IMG/VR virus record: IMGVR_UViG_3300005573_000227
Coordinates: 1-30,883 of that record
Direction: 5' to 3' (one strand)
DNA: 30,883 nt
Source: a virus
Taxonomy: Duplodnaviria; Caudoviricetes
How positions within the stretch are numbered: the stretch's first letter is position 1; each line of letters begins with the position of its first letter. Shown here piece by piece: positions 1 through 7,349 of this stretch. The notes beneath the pieces were generated by a model. The model had not been told where the DNA came from. It did no database searches and saw only the letters and a list, made by a program, of their open reading frames with translations. The position numbers and the translations under genes are program-made.

Positions 1-656
1 TGACAACGACATACTGCACACCGACAGACGTGTCAAAATTCTTAGGATTAGGAGCAAATTACTTTACAGAAAGTAGCAAGCCAACATATAGTGAAGTAGA
101 AGATATAATCAACGCACAAGAAGATTACATCGATAGAATGACTGATATGGCGTGGAGAGAAAAACAAGCAAATGATGGTGCGTATGAGTATCATTCAGGT
201 TTTCTATGGGGATATCGTTTTCGTATTAATCTTTGGTTCGGTAATCCTATATTGCTAAGGTATAGACGTGTTAAACCTTTAGACCCAAGTAAAGGCGATG
301 CGTTAGAATATTATAACGGCTCGCAATGGGTTAGTTTTATCGATCAAACAGATGATTATTGGCTTGATTCAGACAGAGGGATTCTCTATCTTAACAAATA
401 CATACCGCCATCATATTATAGACAACCATCAATAAGAATAAAATATAGATACGGTTACGATACGGTTTCTCAAGACATCAAACTATGTTGTATCTTACTT
501 ACTGCTGCTCATCTTGCATCGATTACAGAGCATCTGTTCCTGTTACCTGAAGGCGGCACACAAGTGCTAACAATGGGCGAAAAGATTGCACAATGGAACG
601 CACAAGCAGAAAGAATACTTGCGTATAGGAGAGAATTAACGTCTATCGGTGATTAA
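1..656 (+). CDS. Head-tail adaptor/connector protein (5' truncated by about 1 nt)
   Basis: The frame is open upstream of the GTG at 30: (A)TG ACA ACG ACA TAC TGC ACA CCG ACA GAC GTG = MTTTYCTPTDV, the typical 'YCT..DV' adaptor N-terminus. It also has IDRMT and a 'YRYGYDTV..DIK..C' motif, and is first in the neck cluster. Confidence 0.75.
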   Translation, partial: TTTYCTPTDVSKFLGLGANYFTESSKPTYSEVEDIINAQEDYIDRMTDMAWREKQANDGAYEYHSGFLWGYRFRINLWFGNPILLRYRRVKPLDPSKGDALEYYNGSQWVSFIDQTDDYWLDSDRGILYLNKYIPPSYYRQPSIRIKYRYGYDTVSQDIKLCCILLTAAHLASITEHLFLLPEGGTQVLTMGEKIAQWNAQAERILAYRRELTSIGD

Positions 657-1139
657 ATGTTCACTATTACCGTCAATAAAAGAAAATTAGATAACGAATT
701 GTATAAATATTTAGATGGATGTGCTAATGAATTAATTGAAGAGTTAAAACAAGCAGTTACAGAAGTTGATGCTGTTTTCACTGGGAGATTAAAGAATAGT
801 TTCGTTATAAGGAGAACAAGACCGCTCGAACGTCAAATTATCTCTACAGTTCCCTATGCTATGTTTATAAACGATGGTGGCACTTTAAAAGATGTAGACA
901 TATCTGATTTATATAGATGGGTTGTAGAGAAGAAACGTGAATCTGAAGGAGAAGCGATACAAAGTGCATTCAGAATTAAAGAGCATTTAAAAACTAAAGG
1001 GACACATCCTCGCAAATACATAGAAAAGGCAATGCATAGATTTTTGTCAAGAGAAACGCAAACTAAATGGAAAGTAAGATACATGCTTAAGAGAGATGTA
1101 GTAAGAGAAGAAAATCTAAAAGGTAGGAGTGTGATCTAA
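657..1139 (+). CDS. HK97 gp10-like neck/tail completion protein
   Basis: Motifs 'FTGRLKNS', 'VPYAMFINDG' and 'GTHPRKYIEKA' typical of HK97 gp10-like proteins; GGTGA SD at 648. Confidence 0.75.
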   Translation: MFTITVNKRKLDNELYKYLDGCANELIEELKQAVTEVDAVFTGRLKNSFVIRRTRPLERQIISTVPYAMFINDGGTLKDVDISDLYRWVVEKKRESEGEAIQSAFRIKEHLKTKGTHPRKYIEKAMHRFLSRETQTKWKVRYMLKRDVVREENLKGRSVI

Positions 1140-1546
1140 TGACATTCGATCCGGCAGAAGAGCTAAAGACATTATTAAACACGAAATGGAACACAGAAAT
1201 AGAAAAACCAGAAATAATACGAACAATCGAACATAGAAGCTATAACGTCGTAGATAAAGACGTAATTATGATAGGTCAGACAATGGAAACTGATGAACCA
1301 TTCGGTATCGGGGGCCGGGATTATAAACGAAACATCATCATGCTCATTACAGTTAAAACTACAAAAAGCTATGAAAGAATGCAAGAAATGGCTGAAGAAG
1401 TAAGACGGATACTAAGAACGCCTGAGAATTGGTCACCGTTTCACTTTTTCATTATGACAAACAAAGTCGATTTAAGCCAAAGAGAAGCAAAGATTTACTC
1501 ATCTACATTCGACGTTCTCGCTTATCGCTTTGAGCGTCTCGAGTAG
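1139..1546 (+). CDS. Putative tail terminator/completion protein
   Basis: 135 aa, position after the gp10-like gene, alpha/beta pattern with 'MAEEVRRIL' helix; TAATG stop/start overlap. Confidence 0.55.
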   Translation: MTFDPAEELKTLLNTKWNTEIEKPEIIRTIEHRSYNVVDKDVIMIGQTMETDEPFGIGGRDYKRNIIMLITVKTTKSYERMQEMAEEVRRILRTPENWSPFHFFIMTNKVDLSQREAKIYSSTFDVLAYRFERLE

Positions 1547-1609
1547 ATTCATCAATCAAAATAAATGAAATGTTTATATATAAATCATTCCTATTATTTT
1601 TCGATTATT

Positions 1610-2056
1610 ATGGCAACTGTCAAAGTATATGAAGAGCACCTAAGAACAGGAAGTAGGGATGAATACGTTCACACGGCATTATGGACGTTTTTAGATCAAG
1701 ACATATCAACAATCAATGCAAATAGCACATGGTCAAGCGGTTCCGATTGGATTGATGTAAGAAAAGCGGAACAAGTGCAAATATTGTGTAAATTTACAGG
1801 ATCAAACGCATCGCAATCTGGTGTAGTCGTTTTCAATTTCATATGTTTGGGCAATCCTAATCAGGGTTATACTCCTACGACTCCATCATTCTCAATTACA
1901 CTTGCACCGAATGGAACAAACACTGTTATTGGCGATGCATTAATCAATGTGCTATCATACGGCTACGTCAAGCTATTTAGTATACAAAACACTGATGCAA
2001 GCTATTCGATCTCGAACGTGAACGCACAGATGTATATCAAATACAAGTCTGGTTAA
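1610..2056 (+). CDS. Hypothetical beta-rich virion protein
   Basis: Ser/Thr/Asn-rich beta-strand composition. Start moved to ATG 1610 because TATA box TTTATATATA (1573-1582) lies about 27 nt upstream. Confidence 0.5.
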   Translation: MATVKVYEEHLRTGSRDEYVHTALWTFLDQDISTINANSTWSSGSDWIDVRKAEQVQILCKFTGSNASQSGVVVFNFICLGNPNQGYTPTTPSFSITLAPNGTNTVIGDALINVLSYGYVKLFSIQNTDASYSISNVNAQMYIKYKSG

Positions 2057-2058
2057 AC

Positions 2059-2418
2059 ATGTATATCCCTCCATACAGAATTAGACGGCTAAAAGAAGAA
2101 CAACATCTTCGCAAGGTTCCGTTAGTAGGCGACGGTGTTGGTAAATACTTAGAACAGTGTAAGCTATGCGGTCATACTGATCTCGTCTTTCCAGCAAACG
2201 GCACATATTTCTTATGCCCTAATTGTGTAAAGCGATCTGCACTTGAGCCTGATGAGGTAATATTAGTTTTAAACGGAAAATGTGATGTTTGCGGTTCAGT
2301 TTTCAAAGAATACGGTTTCATGATGCGTAGCGATGTGCGTGTGTGCTTTAAGTGTCTTTGGTATAAACTCGGAAAACAAAGAAGTAGATTAACAGTTGGT
2401 GGAACGCATATATGTTAG
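2059..2418 (+). CDS. Zinc-finger protein (four CxxC)
   Basis: CKLC, CPNC, CDVC, CFKC. Confidence 0.6.
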   Translation: MYIPPYRIRRLKEEQHLRKVPLVGDGVGKYLEQCKLCGHTDLVFPANGTYFLCPNCVKRSALEPDEVILVLNGKCDVCGSVFKEYGFMMRSDVRVCFKCLWYKLGKQRSRLTVGGTHIC

Positions 2419-2702
2419 AAGGATGGGAAGACGAAGAAGAATCTCTTAAGATGCCAGAAAATTATAAATGTTATCGTTGCAAGAAGATAAAAAAGAGGGC
2501 AGAATGCAAACTCATCGTAATCGAGCATAACGGATTAACAGAAGGTTATTTCTTGTGTTTCGATTGTATTGATGAGTTGAAACCTAAAGAATGTCCATTT
2601 ATAATTTACAACGACGCTAATGCAAGGAACTACATCTGTAAGAACTGTCCTATTCCGTATATCGTTTGCGATCTTAGAGACGATCGTTGGTTTTCTAAGT
2701 AA
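2412..2702 (+). CDS. Zinc-finger protein
   Basis: CYRC, CFDC, CKNC plus further Cys; overlaps previous stop. Confidence 0.55.
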   Translation: MLEGWEDEEESLKMPENYKCYRCKKIKKRAECKLIVIEHNGLTEGYFLCFDCIDELKPKECPFIIYNDANARNYICKNCPIPYIVCDLRDDRWFSK

Positions 2703-2740
2703 AAAATTAAATAATATTATTTTTATTATATCTAATTGCT

Positions 2741-3475
2741 ATGTGGTACAATCCTACACTTGCACGAATTTCTCCTAAAAAAGCCAGTTTATTACCAAGG
2801 AAATGTATAAAAGATGATCCGATAGAGAATAGTTTACAGCTATATTTACGTTTTAATGAAGGCAATGGCAGAATAACTTTTGATTATTCGAAATATAGAA
2901 GACAGAGTATAATTTATAATGCAAATTGGGGAAAGAATGATGTTGATAAAGGATTGTGGTTCAACGGCATTAATTCCTATGTCAAAACGCCATCGTTTAC
3001 ACTGACTGGCACAGCAATCAGTGTTGTAGCATGGGTAAACTGCCAGAAGCAAACATACTACCAAACTATAGTAAATAAAGGAATACAATCATCCAGTCAA
3101 GGATTTATACATATATATCGAACATCAAATAGTGATACAATAGCTTTTCAATTTGCGACTGGAACGATTGCGCAAACTCTAACATCTGGAAATTTTTTTA
3201 CTGGTTATGATAATCAATATCTTTTTGTAGCAGTTACATGCGACTATCAAAACAAGATTCTGAATTTCTATCGCAATGGGCGGCTGTATGAACCACGTAA
3301 CATAACTGACTCAATGGTTTTCCCATCAGCGAGTAGTGAATGCTGTATTGGATCGTATCAGTGGAGTATGCATTTTTTCAAAGGCGTCATCGATGAAGTC
3401 AGACTTTACAATAGATTGCTAACCAATCAAGAAATCCGTATGATTTATGAGAGCGAAAAAGGTAATTATTATTGA
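2741..3475 (+). CDS. LamG/concanavalin A-like lectin domain protein (putative adhesin)
   Basis: 'LYLRFNEGNG', 'GLWFNGINSYV', 'ISVVAWV', 'FYRNG', 'FFKGVIDEVRLYNRLLTNQEI' match the Laminin_G_3 signature. Confidence 0.9.
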   Translation: MWYNPTLARISPKKASLLPRKCIKDDPIENSLQLYLRFNEGNGRITFDYSKYRRQSIIYNANWGKNDVDKGLWFNGINSYVKTPSFTLTGTAISVVAWVNCQKQTYYQTIVNKGIQSSSQGFIHIYRTSNSDTIAFQFATGTIAQTLTSGNFFTGYDNQYLFVAVTCDYQNKILNFYRNGRLYEPRNITDSMVFPSASSECCIGSYQWSMHFFKGVIDEVRLYNRLLTNQEIRMIYESEKGNYY

Positions 3476-3511
3476 GTAAGCTTTTTATTTCCGAACAACT
3501 ATATACGCATC

Positions 3512-3721
3512 ATGTCTCTTCTGACTGTTAAGAAAATCCACAAATATATTTTACAAAAGAAACTGAAATGGATTAGAAACATTAAAGGATTAACAGAGAA
3601 AGAAATCCGAATACTCTATACCGAACAGCTACGAAACGGCTCAATAAGATTTAAGAATGAAGAAATTGAATCAATGTTAAGTGAGCCTGAACCTGTTTTA
3701 GGTGCGACAAAGCAGTGGTAA
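3512..3721 (+). CDS. Small hypothetical protein
   Basis: 69-aa ORF with a TATA-like TTTTTATTT about 25 nt upstream. Confidence 0.5.
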   Translation: MSLLTVKKIHKYILQKKLKWIRNIKGLTEKEIRILYTEQLRNGSIRFKNEEIESMLSEPEPVLGATKQW

Positions 3722-3788
3722 ACCGCTTCTGTTTTAGTCTTTTCTATTAATCTAAAGGGGTTAGTGTCTACGCTAAAAACAACGAGAG

Positions 3789-3862
3789 ACGCATTTAAAT
3801 CAATTTATAGAAGAGTTTATTTAACAAGAATAGTAAACTATGCTTAAACACTAAACTCTTCT
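3789..3862. repeat. Intergenic repeat A, copy 1 (34-bp exact repeat plus inverted arms around a 32-nt spacer)
   Basis: ACGCATTTAAATCAATTTATAGAAGAGTTTATTT at 3789-3822 is identical to 14963-14996. AGAAGAGTTTA (3809-3819) is the exact reverse complement of TAAACTCTTCT (3852-3862). Confidence 0.9.
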
Positions 3863-3931
3863 CTAATGCGTTCCTATGCGTTTATAGAGGGTTTTACGAG
3901 CTCGATATTACCCTCGGCAATCGATGTAAGC

Positions 3932-3960
3932 AAAATATATATACCAAAATGTATATACAC
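3932..3960 (+). promoter_or_regulatory. Archaeal TATA-box promoter with downstream palindrome TGTATATACA
   Basis: AAAATATATATA about 25 nt before ATG 3967; palindrome at 3950-3959. Confidence 0.6.
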
Positions 3961-3966
3961 TTAATC

Positions 3967-4152
3967 ATGACCGACGAAACATGCAAAGAATGTGAAATTG
4001 TTGAGGAAGGACGCAAAATAGAATTCATATGTCCACGATGTGGCAAACCTGTCGTGAAAGCGGGCAAAGCTGAAGGGAAACAAAGATATTACTGCAAAAA
4101 ATGTTTGTTCTACACTGTAAAACCAATGGTGAGAAAATGTCAGAAGGAGTGA
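3967..4152 (+). CDS. Small zinc-ribbon protein (InsA N-terminal-like ribbon)
   Basis: CPRCG...KAGKAEGKQRYYCKKC; start at 3967 chosen from promoter spacing. Confidence 0.65.
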   Translation: MTDETCKECEIVEEGRKIEFICPRCGKPVVKAGKAEGKQRYYCKKCLFYTVKPMVRKCQKE

Positions 4153-4367
4153 AACGCATCGTTCTCGACATAGACAAAGACGTCAAGCTCTGTGAAATCG
4201 AAGGCGACACGTTATATTATCATTACGAAAACGACATAGAATTTTTCTATATTTTTGATGGATCGACTTGGGAAGTCGTTTCTTTTGATGAAGCACTCAA
4301 TCTCGTCTCGACTTCAACAAATAAGAACGAAGAAAATATCAAAAGAGTTTACGGCGTAGTCTTCTAA
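4137..4367 (+). CDS. Small hypothetical protein
   Basis: GGTGAG SD precedes ATG 4137 (MSEGVKR...). Confidence 0.55.
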   Translation: MSEGVKRIVLDIDKDVKLCEIEGDTLYYHYENDIEFFYIFDGSTWEVVSFDEALNLVSTSTNKNEENIKRVYGVVF

Positions 4368-4419
4368 CAGAAAGTTTTTATTACTTCTTTTATTATATTT
4401 TTATTACGGTGAAAGTCAA

Positions 4420-5337
4420 ATGGCAAGAACGGGTGCATTTGCATATCTGAAGTATGGTTACGAAAACACATTCAAAGGCGGTTCATCACTAAGAAATAAA
4501 TACTTAGGAAGAGCGATGAAAGCAAGCGCAAGTGCGACTCATAATGCTGAACCGATTTATGAGTTAGGTCAAAACAATCCATCAACATTTCTATACAAGC
4601 AATTTGAAGGTAGTTTAAGCGTAGATTGGGCGTTGTCAAATCCATGGTTCTTTAAGCTTCTGTTAGGGCAAGTAAATACATCAGGGACTTCGCCGCCATA
4701 CACACACACGTTCACACGATCGACTACATTACCATCTGCAGAAATCGAAATCGGTTTCACTGGTGAAAGAGGAGATGGCACATCGTTACTTAAAGGAGCA
4801 GTTCTTTCATCTGTTTCCATAAGCAGTGCAGTCAATGATATAATAAAAGTAAGAGGAGAGTTTCTATACGCAAAAAGAGACAATGGAACATACGGGACGC
4901 CCGGCGTAGACTCATTCGATCCTTACGTTTTCGCTAACATGACATTAGAATTGCCATCAGGAACGGTTTTAGCAGAGGTTCAGAGCGCTGAGCTAACGAT
5001 TAACAACAATGTGTTAGGTGTGTATGAGCTTGGTAACTATGAAGTCCAAGGCGCATTGAAACAAGCGTTTGAAGTGAAAGGTCGATTATCCATCACAATG
5101 AAGGATCGAACATTTCTCGATATGCTGAGAGATTCGTATAACAATATGGCACTTAAAATAACAAATGGTTTAACTGGTGCGAATGAAGTGTCAATCACGA
5201 TAAATCTTGGAAAAGTGTTCTTCGAAAGCCACAACGTATCATACGAGCCAAACGCAATCGTTATTGAAGACGTATCAATACTCTCAACAGATATAACGAG
5301 CGTAGTTGCAAAGAATGCTGTTTCGTCTGTTCCATGA
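4420..5337 (+). CDS. Major tail tube protein
   Basis: 305 aa, beta-rich, 'YGYENTF', 'YTHTF', 'SAELTINNN', 'EVKGRLSI'; directly upstream of the chaperone and tape measure genes; GGTGA SD at 4408. Confidence 0.8.
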   Translation: MARTGAFAYLKYGYENTFKGGSSLRNKYLGRAMKASASATHNAEPIYELGQNNPSTFLYKQFEGSLSVDWALSNPWFFKLLLGQVNTSGTSPPYTHTFTRSTTLPSAEIEIGFTGERGDGTSLLKGAVLSSVSISSAVNDIIKVRGEFLYAKRDNGTYGTPGVDSFDPYVFANMTLELPSGTVLAEVQSAELTINNNVLGVYELGNYEVQGALKQAFEVKGRLSITMKDRTFLDMLRDSYNNMALKITNGLTGANEVSITINLGKVFFESHNVSYEPNAIVIEDVSILSTDITSVVAKNAVSSVP

Positions 5338-5346
5338 GGTGATTGA

Positions 5347-5643
5347 ATGGAAGTAAAGATTAATTGGAAAGGTGAAGAAAAGATTGTGGTTGTAAAGAAG
5401 CTGAAACATAAAGATATGAAAGCGATTATGCAAGAGTCGATTAAAACAATTAAATGGTTAGGCGGAGAAATACCGAACATCGAAATCGACTTTAGCAAAT
5501 ACCAGACCGCATTGGTAAAGTATGGGATTGAAAAGGCACCGTTCGAAATCACTGATGAGAACATCGATGAGCTTGATGCTGAAGACTTCCAAAGGATCGT
5601 AAACGCAATTCAAGAATGCAATCCCTTTCTTCGTTCAGAATAG
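5347..5643 (+). CDS. Tail assembly chaperone (gpG-like)
   Basis: Between tail tube and tape measure; 'APFEITDENIDELDAEDF...NP' ending; GAGGTGA SD. Confidence 0.75.
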   Translation: MEVKINWKGEEKIVVVKKLKHKDMKAIMQESIKTIKWLGGEIPNIEIDFSKYQTALVKYGIEKAPFEITDENIDELDAEDFQRIVNAIQECNPFLRSE

Positions 5644-5881
5644 ACAAATCTATAAACATCGTCTCAGCGACACTGCGAGAGAATACGCTGAATACTACGT
5701 TCTTGCAAAAGAATTCGGATGGACAAAAGAACAAATCGACGAAATGGAAGAAGAGTTCATTAACGCTATGATTGAAATCATAGAGTATGTAAAAGAAGAA
5801 GAGAAAAGAGAAATGGAAAGGGCAAGTTCATCATTGTCGTCGATGAACATTAAGGAGAAACTCAGATGGCAGATGAAGTAA
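5603..5881 (+). CDS. Tail assembly chaperone extension (gpT-like), probably reached by +1 frameshift; not in ORF track
   Basis: The +1 frame is open 5603-5881 and encodes EYYVLAKEFGWTKEQIDEMEEEFINAMIEII. There is no ATG before the motif, and CCC TTT C lies at 5623-5629. Confidence 0.75.
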   Translation, partial: TQFKNAIPFFVQNRQIYKHRLSDTAREYAEYYVLAKEFGWTKEQIDEMEEEFINAMIEIIEYVKEEEKREMERASSSLSSMNIKEKLRWQMK

Positions 5882-6942
5882 TAATAACCGTCAGTGTCGA
5901 TGAGCGATCATTCGAGGAAGTCATACAGAAGTTAGAAAAAATTAGCAACAGAATTCAACAATCTTTTAAGAAAACCATTAAAGAAATACCGGAACTGCCA
6001 AAAGCGCCTAAAGTAGGGACAGAAAAAGAGACAGTAGAAAAAGAGAGAGCGACAAAGAAAAGAAAAGAATCGTTTTTCGATGCCTTTGAAAAATTACCGA
6101 TGCCAAGATGGATGAAAAATATCGTTGGAACAGCGGCACCAATAGCTACTCAAATGCCTCTTATTGGCGGCGCAATCGGTAAAATGGGTTCCGCTTTAGG
6201 CGGTCTTGGTGGTGCACTTGGTGGAGCACTCGGTGCGGCTTCTGGTTTATACATATTAGAGAAAATATTCGACATCATCAAAGGCATTTTCAATCTCTTC
6301 ATGGAATCAAGTGAAATATTTAGAGAAACGTTCAAATTGATTAGGTTCAGCTTTTTGATGTTAATCAGACCGATTGCAGATGCGTTCGCAATGGCGATAC
6401 TTCCGTTCTTAATTCTTTTCATTGGGTATTTCTTAGTTCCATTCTATACGACAGTATTGCCTATCATAATGGTAATGAGTGAACTCATAAAGAAAATGTT
6501 AGACCCAATTAAAGAATTCATGCCAATAATCGGTAAGATTGCTGGATTTTTAATGTCGATTCCGATCGTTGGAATAATGGCCGGTTTTCTTGTGTTAGCG
6601 GCAATCATGAGAGTAATTTACACCATTTTATACGACATCTATCGTGTTATTGTAGGGATTTTCAATGGAATATCTAATGCGTTCAGTGGTATACAATCAT
6701 GGTTCAAGAAACACTTCGGTTTTGGTGAGTGGACAATAAATAGAATGATAGAAGGCAGATCATTAATAGAACCTTATAGAAGCATTTCCAATAGACAAAT
6801 AAGGAATGCAACCCAGACAATTTATATTTATCCTGAAATTTATATAGGGAACGTGAGCTCTAATGTAGATTTAGCAAAGATTGAATCTACAATCGATCGT
6901 GCGTTATCAGAAAGCATAAGAAGGAGAGTGCCATCACTATGA
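5866..6942 (+). CDS. Short tape measure protein
   Basis: Position after the chaperones; 'VIITVSVD' N-terminus, Gly/Ala-rich repeats, long hydrophobic helices, 'IYIGNVSS..D' C-terminus. Confidence 0.75.
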   Translation: MADEVIITVSVDERSFEEVIQKLEKISNRIQQSFKKTIKEIPELPKAPKVGTEKETVEKERATKKRKESFFDAFEKLPMPRWMKNIVGTAAPIATQMPLIGGAIGKMGSALGGLGGALGGALGAASGLYILEKIFDIIKGIFNLFMESSEIFRETFKLIRFSFLMLIRPIADAFAMAILPFLILFIGYFLVPFYTTVLPIIMVMSELIKKMLDPIKEFMPIIGKIAGFLMSIPIVGIMAGFLVLAAIMRVIYTILYDIYRVIVGIFNGISNAFSGIQSWFKKHFGFGEWTINRMIEGRSLIEPYRSISNRQIRNATQTIYIYPEIYIGNVSSNVDLAKIESTIDRALSESIRRRVPSL

Positions 6943-7343
6943 CGAAATGGACAATTGAAACAGTAGAAGGAACGTACATCTCTGTTACTGTTCCATTCAA
7001 TCCTGAAAAAACAGAATATAAAGCGTCTGCTATTGTAAACAACATTACAATTCCATCGCAAAAAGAAATGCTATTTGTTCTTGCTTTAGAGTCTCCTTCT
7101 CTTTCTGTAACGTTTAGAATCTTTTCTCAACAGATGACAAGAGATCAGATTTATACGACGTATGTTAAACCGTTTCAACAAATGATTGGTAAGAAAGTCA
7201 GAATTAGTAATGCGGGCGAGCCATACGACGGTGAAGATTGGATATTAGCCAGTGTAAACACAATTGAATATCATCCAGTGTTTTTTGACGTAAACGTAGA
7301 GTTTAAGAGAGGAAGCGTTGTAATATCGGTCGTGGGCGGATGA
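6939..7343 (+). CDS. Distal tail/baseplate (Dit-like) protein
   Basis: Follows the tape measure gene with ATGA overlap; 'VPFNPE', beta-rich. Confidence 0.5.
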   Translation: MTKWTIETVEGTYISVTVPFNPEKTEYKASAIVNNITIPSQKEMLFVLALESPSLSVTFRIFSQQMTRDQIYTTYVKPFQQMIGKKVRISNAGEPYDGEDWILASVNTIEYHPVFFDVNVEFKRGSVVISVVGG

Positions 7344-7349
7344 TGATAT

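Noticed and set aside
3949-4367. IS1 element (InsA/InsB)
   Set aside because: Only the zinc ribbon matches. There is no HTH, DDE domain or terminal inverted repeat, and a viral paralogue exists at 24069-24224.
5620-5771. Canonical -1 frameshift in the tail chaperone
   Set aside because: CCCTTTC is not phased as X XXY YYZ. The -1 frame closes at 5771 and lacks the FGWT motif found in the +1 frame.
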